Shown here piece by piece: positions 1 to 10,636 of a DNA stretch of 64,000 bases; positions within the stretch are counted from its first letter, which is position 1, and every line of letters starts with the position of its first letter. Under the pieces are notes generated by a model. The model saw only the letters and a list, made by a program, of their open reading frames with translations, had not been told where the DNA came from and searched no databases. Where the stretch lies: the IMG/VR virus record IMGVR_UViG_3300045988_155865, positions 60,944-124,943 of that record; one strand, given 5' to 3'. Made by a program: the position numbers and the translations under genes. Origin of the DNA: a virus.

Positions 1-479
1 ATTTTATAATAATTTTTTATAATGCCTTGACCTATTTTATCACCTTTGCAAAGTTTAATAGGATAAGGAGAAAGATTTATAAGCTGAAAAAAAATTTCTC
101 CTTCGTTATTTTTATTATCCACATAGTCTCCATCAATTATTCCTACTCCATTAGCAAGCATAAGCCAATGTTTTAATGGGCAAGAACTACGCACTGATAG
201 TTCAAGATATTTACCCGGCTCAAGATAAGCTTTCATCCCAGTAGAAACTAATGTTGGTTTTGCGGAAGTAGCTTTACTAAAGCCAGCAATTTCATTAAGA
301 GTTACTGGAGTTGTAACATCTGGACCGCCTTTCTCGATTAAAAGCTGCCAGTTTAAATCATATGGAGGGATAACTGTATCCTCTGCAACTTCAAAATCAT
401 ATCCAGCCGCTTCTTTAGTTGCCCTTGTAGGCAACTTTATATCAACATTCGCGAATCGCTTAACTTTCTCAAAATGCAC
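1..479 (-). CDS. dut: dUTP diphosphatase (dUTPase); 3' end runs off the window start
   Basis: Manual minus-strand translation gives dUTPase motifs (KLPTRATKEAAGYDF; RSSCPLKHWLMLANGVGIIDGDYVDN; GDKIGQGII). GTG start 8 nt after GGAGG. Absent from ORF track because it has a GTG start and is truncated at the window edge. Confidence 0.7.
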   Translation of the reverse strand, partial: MHFEKVKRFANVDIKLPTRATKEAAGYDFEVAEDTVIPPYDLNWQLLIEKGGPDVTTPVTLNEIAGFSKATSAKPTLVSTGMKAYLEPGKYLELSVRSSCPLKHWLMLANGVGIIDGDYVDNKNNEGEIFFQLINLSPYPIKLCKGDKIGQGIIKNYYK

Positions 480-741
480 TATGAGGACCTCCTGTCTCTT
501 GATTATCATAAGATATATTTACTTGTCTATCAGGTTCTTTTTCATCTGTAAAAGTTTTTGTTAAACTAACTTTATACCAAGAATCAATGACTTCACCTTT
601 TTGTTTCTTTTCTTTAAAGGTGCTTGTATATTTACTTAATATAAAAGTATTATCATTTTTTGCTTCTTCAAGCATTGTTTCTACTTCTGGTTCGCTATCT
701 ACACGATAATTTTCTGTTACACTTACTAAATATTTACTCAT
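469..741 (-). CDS. hypothetical protein
   Basis: ORF track; start/stop overlaps with neighbours typical of a phage operon; ends with TGA. Confidence 0.5.
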   Translation of the reverse strand: MSKYLVSVTENYRVDSEPEVETMLEEAKNDNTFILSKYTSTFKEKKQKGEVIDSWYKVSLTKTFTDEKEPDRQVNISYDNQETGGPHSAF

Positions 742-1007
742 TAAACAACCTCCACATTTATTGGTTCATAATCTGAAAAAAGCATTTCTTCATGATGCTT
801 TATTTGGTTACGTACCATTTCATTATATTCTTTGTTTCCAGTTAATTTTACTGTTGAAATATTATTTTTATGACAATACGAAGGAATAAAACTATATAAA
901 CTAACCAGTTTCATTTTTCCTATGTCGTCAACTATATCTCCATTGTCTTGTATTAAAAATATGCTTTGATCATATTTAAAAGGTTCTATATCACAAACTA
1001 AAATCAT
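741..1007 (-). CDS. hypothetical protein
   Basis: ORF track; ATGA-type overlap with upstream gene; TAA stop. Confidence 0.5.
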   Translation of the reverse strand: MILVCDIEPFKYDQSIFLIQDNGDIVDDIGKMKLVSLYSFIPSYCHKNNISTVKLTGNKEYNEMVRNQIKHHEEMLFSDYEPINVEVV

Positions 1008-1009
1008 AA

Positions 1010-1552
1010 TTATTCTCCTATCGTTACGATGCCAGTGTCATAAGGAAATAAATACATAACAATTGGCTCATCCTCATATTGTACCCAAATTTCAATCGCA
1101 TCTCCAGTTTCTGTTTCTTCAATAAGATAAATATCTCCAACATTTTGCAAACATTGAAGAACGCCCTCTCCAAGGTTTGGTAACTCATGTATTACTCCAG
1201 TTCTGAAAATAGTGTAGTAATTGTTTTCTTTACCTATCATAGCATAATAAGTAGCTTCAATTTTCTTTTGCCAATTATTAATTAATTTATACTTTTCACT
1301 TTTCTCTTCTGGAGTTAAATAATTTAATTGTCTAATAGTCATTTTATTTATTTCATATTGAGTCATTGAAAGAGATGGAGTTGGATGTGTATATTCAACC
1401 CATTTCGTTCCATTGTATATATGAAATTTATCTTCCTTTTTGGTGTATGCTATTTCACCTTTTCTAGACTGAAGAACATTTAATGTTTTCTCATCTTTTG
1501 TTTCTACAACTTTAATATCATTGTCTTTTAACTCTTTTAAAATTTGATTCAA
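1010..1552 (-). CDS. hypothetical protein
   Basis: ORF track; TTG start preceded by AAAGGAG; promoter motif just upstream. Confidence 0.5.
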   Translation of the reverse strand: MNQILKELKDNDIKVVETKDEKTLNVLQSRKGEIAYTKKEDKFHIYNGTKWVEYTHPTPSLSMTQYEINKMTIRQLNYLTPEEKSEKYKLINNWQKKIEATYYAMIGKENNYYTIFRTGVIHELPNLGEGVLQCLQNVGDIYLIEETETGDAIEIWVQYEDEPIVMYLFPYDTGIVTIGE

Positions 1553-1569
1553 TCTTTATCACTCCTTTT

Positions 1570-1604
1570 ATTATATTATATCATATTTTTTATAATTTTT
1601 CAAC
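1570..1604 (-). promoter_or_regulatory. sigma70-like promoter (TTGAAA - 17 nt - TATAAT with TG extension), member of the repeated promoter family
   Basis: Minus-sense TTGAAAAATTATAAAAAATATGATATAATATAATAAAAGGAG directly upstream of the 1010..1552 start. Confidence 0.45.
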
Positions 1605-1709
1605 TTTATTTATAATAATTACATTAATAGTGTTACCTAAGATATTTGATTGCTCACTGACAAAAAGTAAGGGTGGAAACTCTGATAAGAATCTCCGCTC
1701 AGACTGATT

Positions 1710-2168
1710 TTAAAAATGTAAAATATTCTGATTTATGCTTCCTCTAAAAGCCAACTCATCAGTTTTTAGAGCTTCAATAAAAGGACCTTCTACTAGAGCA
1801 TCACATTGAGAATATAATTTTTTTTGCCATTTTTTATTAAAATCTGTTACTAAATGACCTGTCCATATCCAGACATTTTTTTTATATCTTTTTGCATATT
1901 TGCAAAGTTTATACATCTATTTTAAACTCTTATTATCTTGATCAAAAGGCTCTCCACCTAAAATAGAAAATCCATCATATCTTGAATCTCGTAATAACTT
2001 TTTAATTGCTTTTATCTCTTTATTGCCGAACGGCTTACCTGAGCAAAAATCCCAAGCTTCTTTGTTAAAACACCCGGGGCAATGAATTTCGCAACCCGAA
2101 ACGAATAAACTTATTCTTACTCCTGGCCCATTCGCTAAATCAAATTCATAAATTTTTTGATAATTCAT
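1710..2168 (-). CDS. nrdG: anaerobic ribonucleotide reductase activating protein NrdG (radical SAM), one in-frame TAG at 1917-1919
   Basis: ORFs 1917..2168 (CEIHCPGCFN radical-SAM cysteines, GPGVRISLFVSGC) and 1710..1916 (NVWIWTGH) are in the same frame, separated only by TAG. The combined 152 aa aligns gap-free with E. coli NrdG over GGDPL...IWVWTG. Confidence 0.85.
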
Positions 2169-2653
2169 TAAACTTTTAACTCCTTTTGACCATGTTTTAT
2201 TCTATGCTCGACCTCATTTTGTTTTCCTAAATTAAAAGCAGTTTTATAATTACCTGTTAAATAACCAGTAACTCTTCTTAAACGTTCTATCGCATTACTG
2301 CCGCATTTTGGGCAAACATCTTTAATTTCTCCTTGATATCCACATTCTAAACAAGTGTCTGCTGGTACATTAATTGCAAAATATGGTATATCTTTATCCA
2401 TCGCATAATTTACAATACTTTCTAAGCCATCTATATTAAAACGAACTATTGAATCTAATTCTACATAAGTAATACAACCAGCAGAAGAATATCCAGTAAG
2501 TTCACTTTCAATATCAATTTTTTCATATGGGGTCATGTGTTTCCAAACTGGTACATGCATACTATTGGTAAAAAATTCTTTGTCTGATACATTTTCTATA
2601 ATTCCATATTTATCTTGGAATTTTTTCATTGCTGTATAGCATAAATTTTCGGC
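2168..2653 (-). CDS. nrdD: anaerobic ribonucleotide reductase NrdD, exon 2 (C-terminal glycine-radical domain)
   Basis: ORF 2168..2656: TNSMHVPV, Zn ribbon CLECGYQ...CPKCG, glycine radical motif RRVTGYLTG. True exon start approximate; upstream in-frame sequence hits TGA within 9 codons. Confidence 0.8.
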   Translation of the reverse strand, partial: AENLCYTAMKKFQDKYGIIENVSDKEFFTNSMHVPVWKHMTPYEKIDIESELTGYSSAGCITYVELDSIVRFNIDGLESIVNYAMDKDIPYFAINVPADTCLECGYQGEIKDVCPKCGSNAIERLRRVTGYLTGNYKTAFNLGKQNEVEHRIKHGQKELKV

Positions 2654-3623
2654 CATTCGAACCCTCGGTTTCCCGATATTTCAAAAAGGGGATTAGACTA
2701 TATTATCATCTTATTATTCTGTTACCAAATAATAAGAGCTCTGTCTTTCGGATATAAAATCCTACTCTACTCACTTCTTCATTATAAATGTTTCTTTTAT
2801 AACTATGTTTTCGATAGTCGTTAGAGAACAAATCCATTGGTTTTATATTCAGTCAAGTATCTAAACCAATATCCACAACGAGGTTTTGTTTTAACATTAT
2901 GGCTACATTGATTTAATATTATTGTTTTTGTAATGTGTAATTCTCTTGAAGCTTCTCCTACAGAGCCATACATTTTTAATAAATTACCCTGTAAATCAAA
3001 ACTACAAACATGAATTGATTGATTATCATCCCAACTTTTATCATTTTTAGCAAGACCATCTTTATAAGCATCTTTAGTATTTTTTGAATTAGTTCCCCAC
3101 TCAAGATTAGATACTTCAGGGTTTGTCTTATTGTTGTCTTTATGCATCACCACTGCATAATTATTTGGATTAGGCAAAAAAGTTTCTGCAACTAAAATAT
3201 GCACTCTTCTTTGCTTTTGTCCTTCTGGATAAGTTATACTAGAATATAAATATCCATTATTTTTATTTACAAAATTTGCTTTGGGATAAAATAAATCATT
3301 TCCATAATCTTTATAAATATTGCCTTTTGAAGAAATATAATCAGTTTCACTTCCATTGATTAATCGTATTTCTTCATTAATTTGACTTCTTTTAATTAAT
3401 TTATCTGTCATTTTTCTACGCGCCATAAAAAATTCACTCTCCTTTTATATTATATGAATTTTTTTATTATACACGACTGAAAACTTATGTCCAATAAATT
3501 TACCCTACGGGATTAACATGCCTATTATAGGTTTAGTCTCTCTTATCATCTTATTACGATTGCCCGTTTAACAGAGTTGTTTTTTCACATAATCACTTAT
3601 GCGACTCCCAATCCGAAAAGTTT
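2654..3623 (-). mobile_element. group I intron interrupting nrdD, carrying an HNH homing endonuclease ORF (boundaries approximate)
   Basis: nrdD exon 1 (frame ending ...GVYYTP) and exon 2 (AENLCYTA...) are in different frames. They are separated by ~1 kb that contains a free-standing HNH ORF. The join TP|AENLC matches E. coli NrdD YSTPSENLC. Exon 1 ends on U and the proposed intron ends on G, as expected for group I splice sites. Confidence 0.6.
2821..3426 (-). CDS. HNH homing endonuclease (intron-encoded)
   Basis: ORF track; HNH motif HKDNNKTNPEVSNLEWGT; located inside the nrdD intron; RBS AAAGGAGAGTG upstream. Confidence 0.75.
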   Translation of the reverse strand: MARRKMTDKLIKRSQINEEIRLINGSETDYISSKGNIYKDYGNDLFYPKANFVNKNNGYLYSSITYPEGQKQRRVHILVAETFLPNPNNYAVVMHKDNNKTNPEVSNLEWGTNSKNTKDAYKDGLAKNDKSWDDNQSIHVCSFDLQGNLLKMYGSVGEASRELHITKTIILNQCSHNVKTKPRCGYWFRYLTEYKTNGFVL

Positions 3624-5388
3624 AGGAGTATAATAAACTCCAAAATTTAATTTATATCTTTCTTTAAACTCCGCACATTTATCTTTAAATATTTGTTCAA
3701 TTTTTTTAGCAAGTTTCATTCCCTCTGGAGAAGTATGATCTTTTCCAATTAAAATTTGAAGAGTCTCAGCAAGACCTAACTAACCCACTGCGAGAGTTCC
3801 ATGCTTGAGCGCACTTCTAATCCCCTCTTCTGGAACATAACCAGCCATGACTCCATTTTGATACATAAAGCTTGCGGATGCAGGGTCTTGTGCGCAAATC
3901 CACTCAAAACGTTCAATAAGCATGTCTTTTGCTTCATGGATTTTTTCATCCAGAAGTTTCAAGAATTTATCAACAGCTAGACCTTCTAGATCCTCTTCAA
4001 AGGGTTCTGAATCTTTAAGAGCTGATTCCTTTGCTATCATTGCTAATGTAGGCATAATAATAGTTACAGGACAAATATTTCCGCGTCCATCTTTCTGCTG
4101 ACCTAGTCCATTTACATCCCAGCTATTAGCCGTGCGGCATCCCATCGTCGAGAAGTAAGTTGTCGGATCATTTAGATCATAACCTGCATTGCCTGTCCAA
4201 TCTACATTCGCATAATTAGGATATAGACGGGTTGCAGTAGACTTAAGTGCTAACCGGAATAGATCATAATTAGGGTCACCGGGCGCACGATTTACGCCTT
4301 TCATACACTGAAAAATTCCACATGGGAAAATTGAAGTTTTATGTAATTTACCAAGACCTTCAATAGATACTTCAAGAAGTGCTTGTATTATCATTCTTCC
4401 TTCTGGCAGAGTACAAGTACCATAATTGATTGATGTGAAGGGTAATTGATTTCCACTTCTGGATTGGAGTGTATTAAGATTATGGTATAGTCCTTCTACT
4501 GCCTGATGCACTTCTTTTATTGTCATATCCATAGCGTATTTATAAACTTCAGGGAACTTTTCAGAAAAATGTCTGCTATCAATAGAGAATGTTTTTAAAT
4601 ATTCCCAATCTAATTCATCAGCTGCTCTTGCAATATAATGATAACCATCGCGCCAATGCTTTACAAAACTTTTGCGAACATATGGAACCATAGTCCAATC
4701 AAGATGCGTAGCACTTACTCCGCCAAATTGCTGAAGGGATTGAAGCTAAAAAATGACAGCAACTAATTGAAATGCGGTATTAACTGAACCAGCTGGTCGC
4801 ACACTTGTTTGTCTTGTATTAAATCCTTTTGCTAATAAATCATCAAAAGGAATAGATAAACAATTATGACTTCCAACTGCATAAGCAGATAAGTCATGAA
4901 TATAGATTTCATTATTTAAATGATTAGCTTTTGCCATTGGTGTTATTAAATAATCTAAAGCATATTTTTTTGCTACTAAGTCAGAAGCTTCTCCAGCCCT
5001 ACCGCCGAAAGATTTTTCATCAACATTAGCATTTTGATTCTAAACATTACTTGCATTTAATTTTTCAGAAACCATATTCATAAGTTCTTTATAATCATTT
5101 CTTGCGATACCATGTAAATATCTATATCTGATATAAGCTTTTGCTACATCCTTTCGTTCAGCACTCATAAGATAATCTTCAATTCGGTCTTGAATTTCTT
5201 CTACTGATATTGCTCTATTCTACTTTGAAAAATCTTTTTCAATATCATTGGCAATATCTTTAGCAGTATCTGTTTCATATAGCGCACCGTCTATATCTAT
5301 AAAGGCTTTGTTTATAGCATTAATAATTTTATTTTTATCAAATTCTACTATTGAGCCATTTCTTTTTTGTATAAACATATAATATTTA
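3624..5388 (-). CDS. nrdD: anaerobic ribonucleotide reductase NrdD, exon 1 (ATP-cone + catalytic barrel). At least 6 in-frame TAG codons (3780, 4746, 5040, 5220 ...); a 10-nt tandem duplication near codon 16 shifts the frame by +1
   Basis: ORFs 3780..4691 and 4746..4937 plus untracked upstream pieces are all in one frame and interrupted only by TAG. N-terminus MFIQKRNGSIVEFDKN|KIINAINKAF is a canonical ATP cone. After TAG 3780 the reading continues LGLAETLQILIGKDHTSPEGMKLAKKIEQIFKDKCAEFKERYKLNFGVYYTP, matching E. coli NrdD. Confidence 0.8.
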
Positions 5389-5400
5389 ACCTCCTGATAA

Positions 5401-5442
5401 CTAAATATAGTAGAAATTAAAAGTCATTTCTACTATATTTAG
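5401..5442. promoter_or_regulatory. perfect 16-bp-stem hairpin (CTAAATATAGTAGAAA...TTTCTACTATATTTAG) between gmk-like stop and nrdD RBS
   Basis: Seen directly in sequence; no U-tract follows on the minus strand, so it is more likely an RNA processing or regulatory hairpin than an intrinsic terminator. Confidence 0.4.
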
Positions 5443-5452
5443 ATTTTCATTT

Positions 5453-6013
5453 TTATTGATTATTTATTTTTGCCCAAATATGCGCACAATTAGAGTTTAA
5501 ATCTAATTCAGTTTCATTCTTAAGAATTTCAACTTCTAAATTATAAAAACGATTAATGTGTTCAAATTCCTAAAAATCTTTTTTATCTGCTATATATCTA
5601 CGAGCTATTTCATCTACATTGGGGTTTTCTTCTCTGTTTAACTATCTTAGTAATCTTTCTTTATCATTTGCTTGTATTTCAAAAGCTCCAACTATATCTA
5701 TTTTATTATTAAAGGCTAAAGTAATAAAACCATCAGGATTTATTACAATTACATTTATTTTATCTTTTGACAAAGCTGATATTGGAGTGCCATAATGCCA
5801 ACCATTAAAGCTAACCTCTTCAATTTTCTCTGCTTTCCTAAATTCTTCCTCGGTCATAAAAATGTAATCAATACCATTTACTTCATAGTCACGTTTAGGT
5901 CTTGTGGTAGCAGTTACCACAAGACTAAATCTATTATCAGTTACTATTCGCTAAGCTAAAGTATCTTTTCCACTTCCAGCTTTCCCCAAAATAACTATAA
6001 CTTTAGGTAACAT
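5453..6013 (-). CDS. gmk: guanylate kinase-like dNMP kinase, 3 in-frame TAG codons (5951, 5642, ~5563)
   Basis: P-loop ILGKAGSGKDTLA, then TAG, then RIV...VTATTRPKRDYEVNGIDYIFMTEEEF...NGWHYGT (guanylate kinase signature). ORF track shows only the middle piece 5642..5920. Confidence 0.75.
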
Positions 6014-9000
6014 CTTCTTCCTCCTCTCCTTTAAAACGAGAATTTCTTAATATTAAATCTCCATTAGATTCTATTGAATCTATTTTATATAAAGTATGTC
6101 CTGGAGTTGAGTTATACCTTTTCGCCATAAAAGTATCTCCATTGCGAATGCCTTGCACTACCAGCATACTACCTCGATTAAACCAACTACGCTCCATAAT
6201 TTTTTTACTTCCATCTGGTTGCTTTTGCGAAATTTGTTTATCAAACAGTGCGAAATATTCTTTTCTAAATTTAACTTCAACAACACCTGACGGAGTTAGA
6301 AGTGAGATAGTGGATTTAGTTTTATTTTTTGCGATACAAGTACCACAAATTTTATAAATTTTATATAAATTAATAGTTTTATTACCCTTTTCAAAAGTTC
6401 TATCTACAACAGGTTCTTCCATTAAACTATTAAAATCTACAATACCATATTTTCCTTTATTTACATCTTGGAGTTCATGGTTATGAAAATAGAAACATAA
6501 TACTTCCATTTCCCAAGAGGATAAATTTCCGCAAGCATATTTATCCCAATCTTCTTTAAAAATTTTCTCATTTAATTGATGTAAAATTTCTTGTTGATTA
6601 GTTTTCATCCAATCTCTAAATATGTCCATATATGTTTGATAAATCTTATCCCAATCTTTTGCTTGCATAAATAATTCCGATTGAATCAAATCTTCTTGTC
6701 CAATTTCAATTAAAAATGCTATTGCTCTATCATCAATTTTATATACTTCTTTATTTACTTTGCACATAGTTTTTAGATAACGAGTAAATTCATATATTCT
6801 TTTTGGCATAATAAATTTTTCCTCATCTGGAATTAAATTCCTTTGCATTAAACCATTCATATTTTGAAGAGTTATTCTTTTCTTTTTATCACAAGTATTC
6901 CATATATACCAAGCCATAGCAAATTTGCGATCATGCATATTGTCAAATGCGCCACCTTTAATTAAAGAAATCATAGATTGTCTTTTTACAGAAACTCTAT
7001 CACAAAAATCTTTAATTGATTTATAAGGACGATTCTTTATAATCTCATAAACCACATCATCACCAACATTTAATAAACCCTTTAAGCCAAATAATATCTA
7101 ATTATTTACTACATCAGGTTTGAATCCAAATCCAGAATTATTAATATCTGCTAAAGATACCTTAATTCCAGCAGAGCGAATACTTCCTATAGCTTTTGCT
7201 ACTTTTGCATAATCAGTGGAATCATCTTCTAATAATGCACCACTATTAACAATCAAACAAGCAGTATTCCAATATATTGGATTAAAATGAGTTGCTAAAT
7301 AAAGAGTTTGCATTCCTACAAAAGAATAAGCAAGCGCATGTATTAGAGAAAATGAATATCCAACCTAGGGCCCTATTCCACATTTCCAGACATATTTGCC
7401 GAGATTCTCAGATTTAGCTTGCGTAAGCACTTTTTTATGCAAATCTGGAATTTTATCCATTTGTTTTTTACCAACTATTTTTCTTGCAGTATTTGCTTCT
7501 GCAAGACTAAAACCGCATATATTTTCATCTTGAAGCATCATCATCATTTGCTCTTGACTAGGGGGTACCCCATATGACTGTAAGAAGTATGGCTCTAATA
7601 TCTTTTGTTCTTCAATTGTTAAACCGGCCTCGCGCATTTCTTTATACCATAATTGGATATTATTTTTAAATCTTACGTATTTATCTATTGGATTTTCTCC
7701 ACCTTCTTCACTAGTCATTAATCTCATTAGTCCATTTGCATCGCTCATCTCTAAAGGAGTACGAGGTTTAATTCTTTTTGCTGCTTGTGCGCCAACAGAT
7801 GAATCAAACTGAAAACAATTCACAACACTATTATTTGCAAGAGCATCCCACATTTTTTGATCGTCTCTTGGAAGAACAGAAGGATGTAAATATTTATTAT
7901 AAACTTGCCTTAAAGTTAAATCTTTTTCAATAACATTATCTTCTTGCAATAAATTTATTGTTTGAATGATAATATCTTGAACAGATGTTAATAAGAAGTC
8001 ATATTTTACTGAGCCAGCGGCCTCCTGCATATGAAGGTCCCATTGTGTAACTAAGGCTCCACTTGGAGTTCTCATAATCGCTGCATCATCATAAATATTT
8101 TCATCAAAAAAGATAACTCCAGAAGCATGACTTCCTCTGCGACAGACTAAAGATTCAATACCTTTCATAATCTTTAAAAGACCAGGATATTGTTGTACTG
8201 TATTAATAAATATTTTAGAAGGTTTTCGCCCTTTTTCTTCATTACCTTCTGTTAAATCTTTTAAGCTCCATAAGAATCCTCTTTCTACTGGTACTAAAGA
8301 AGATATATATAACGCTTCATCATTATCAATCCCATTTGGATATTCCTCTGACCTATAGCCTCTACAAGCAGTAAGGATTGTACTCTTTGTACCTTCTGTT
8401 CCAAAAGTACAAACTTGAACTAAACCTAATTCTCCTCTTTCCTCACGGATTGCACTAAATATTTTCTGAAGTCTAGATGGAGCAAGATCAATGTCCACAT
8501 CTCCAAGTTCGGTTCTCTCGTCATTAAGATATCTCCAGAAAGGTAAATTCCACTCTATAGGATCAAGTTGTGTAATGCCAAGAAGATAATGGTTAAGCGC
8601 TGCACAGGCTGAACCTCTTCCAGCACCAACCGTACTTCCGCAGTCCCAAAATAGGTCAATATAGTGCTTTAAAGTATTTGGATAAGCAAACATACAAGTT
8701 TGCAATTTTTCTCCTATAATTCTTTTTACTCTTGCTTCTTCTTCTAATCGAGCAACATAATCTAGATTATCAATCCATAATCCTTTTTTGTCCTCTAAAG
8801 ATTTCCAACATTCATTTATCCAGTATCGCTCTTGAATATTATCTGAAGTAAATAAAGATTTTAAAATAGGATAATTATTCATTTCATCAGCATAATCATT
8901 ATTAACTCCCCACCAAGCATTTTTAGAATAATCAGTTACAGGCACCTCTGGAATACTTTGATGTTTTTCTAAACTATAAAATTCTATTTTGTTTTTTATT

Positions 9001-9872
9001 TCTAAAGTATTGTTTAAAATTATATCAATTTCATTTTCTTCAAAACTTAATAATAATAATTCTCTTACTTCTTGCTCATCCATTAGTCGAGAAAATTCAT
9101 AAAAACTATCGACTTCTCTTTCTCCACCCTTTGAGTTTAAATAAGCTTTATGAATAAATCTATCTTCTTTATCTATATAATGTGTATCAGTCGCTGTAGT
9201 CATTTTTATATCGAATATCTTTGCTATCTCTAATAATTTTTTATTAACTCTTATTTGGTCTTCATTATTAGCTGGAGCGCATTCTATATAAAAATCATCT
9301 TTACCAAAAACATTAGTACAATATTGTAAGAAATGAATAATTTGTTGTTTATAACTATTTGCGGTCTGCATATCTTTTACCTCTTCACATAAAGACATAT
9401 TCAAAGCGCAAGAGGAGAGCTCCCCTCCTAAACAAGCAGTAGTTCCTATAACATGGCCTTTATATCTTTCCAGGACTTCTGCTAGTTCACTCTTTAAAAG
9501 AGGAACTCTTTCCATTCTTCTATCTTCATACATATTATACCAAGCAATAGAGCTTAATTCTTTTAATGCTCGATAACCAATTTTATCTTTTGCAATTAAA
9601 ATAAAATGATAATATTTTTGCCCTTTTTCTCTTGTATCTGTTAAATAAATTTCATTGCCTAAAGCAATTGTAAAATTTGGATTGGTTTCACGAATCTTTT
9701 TTGCATATTGATTCACTATCATATGGCTACATAAAGCTTCATGATCTGTTATAGCAATACCATCCAAACCTTTTTCTATAGCTTTATCTATAAGATATTT
9801 TGGTTTTACTATACAATCAAGTAAACGAAGATTAGAATATTCTGTGTGGTTGTGTCCATTAAAAAATCCCAT
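6003..9872 (-). CDS. dnaE: DNA polymerase III alpha subunit (DnaE-type, N-terminal PHP domain), 2 in-frame TAG codons (7365-7367, 7098-7100)
   Basis: Three ORFs (7365..9872, 7098..7313, 6003..7055) share one frame and are separated only by TAG. Motifs GHNHTEYS (PHP); ...CGIGP[TAG]VGYSFSLIHALAYSFVGMQTLYLATHFNPIYW matches DnaE [29 protein letters not shown]; HhH and OB regions follow. Confidence 0.85.
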
Positions 9873-9914
9873 ACTATATTTTAAACTCCTTTATCTTTTA
9901 TTTTTTTATTTCAT

Positions 9915-9950
9915 ATATATAATATCATATTTTTATTAAAAAATCAATCT
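9915..9950 (-). promoter_or_regulatory. sigma70-like promoter of the repeated family (TTGATT - 18 nt - TGATATTAT), upstream of dnaE
   Basis: Minus-sense TTGATTTTTTAATAAAAATATGATATTATATATATGAAATAAAAAAATAAAAGATAAAGGAG then ATG. Confidence 0.5.
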
Positions 9951-10636
9951 TGTTTATCTACGCGTCTAAGCCATCTATGTATTGTCTCTTTGTTTACCTT
10001 AGATTTATCCCATATGAACCATGAATATCCTTGTGCGCTGCTCCCGGTCGGTTTCTAACCATTTTTCCAACATTGAATACGATCTACATAAGTGTATACA
10101 TAAGCAGGAGGATTCTCCATAAAAACATTTTCATATCGACCTTCACCCTCAAGGCACTAAATGCGACCAAGCATAATAACACCTTTTTGCGCAATATCCA
10201 AAGCTCTTATCATAAAAGGTTCAATTGTTGCATATGGAGGATTCATTATTATCCAATCTATTCTATCTTCTGGCATCCAATAGTCATCTGAAAGAAAATC
10301 AAATTCCTCTCCATAAGCTATCTTTACTTCATCCTTAAATTTATTTTCTCTTTCTTGAAAGTCAGTGCATATTAAAGTGCTGTTATTAAAATTATTCTCT
10401 TTTATATATTCCTAAATAGCACTAGCCATATGGCCTTCACCAGCGCAAGGTTCAAGGATAATATCACCAGTAAAATCTGGCTTATAAGTACGCAATATAT
10501 TTAGCATCTCATTTGGAGGGGTTGAATAATAATCAAATTTATCGCGTTCTTTATGTTTTTTATCATAATTATTATATAATCCTTTTCTTGTATAATGCCC
10601 TGTTCCTGCCATTATTCTACCTCCTCTATCGGCCAT
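9944..10636 (-). CDS. DNA N6-adenine methyltransferase (motif I LEPCAGEG, motif IV NPPY), 3 in-frame TAG codons
   Basis: ORF 10412..10636 ends at TAG; continuing in frame gives ...IIMNPPYATIEPFMIRALDIAQKG...[TAG]...[TAG]... to a TGA stop. Total 231 codons. Confidence 0.7.

Noticed and set aside
6142-6357. Plus-strand ORFs in the track (6142..6357, 10031..10291, 12981..13220, 13150..13341, 13360..13581, 13852..14139, 16872..17111, 18793..19005, 19214..19402, 19348..19683, 23160..23354, 25721..25936, 26012..27019 set, 28937..29412, 31537..32073, 32889..33434, 40890..41135, 41853..42068, 43901..44122, 44769..44957, 45487..45899, 46731..47018, 48707..48928, 49404..49592, 51744..51926, 53040..53255, 58267..58761, 58911..59147, 60482..60769, 61454..61738, 62308..63038)
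   Set aside because: All lie antisense inside well-supported minus-strand genes or in AT-rich intergenic DNA, lack RBSs, and have low-complexity translations. The only plus-strand genes I accept are the holin-like 53332..53724 and the TAG-rich HEG-like 49764..50680.
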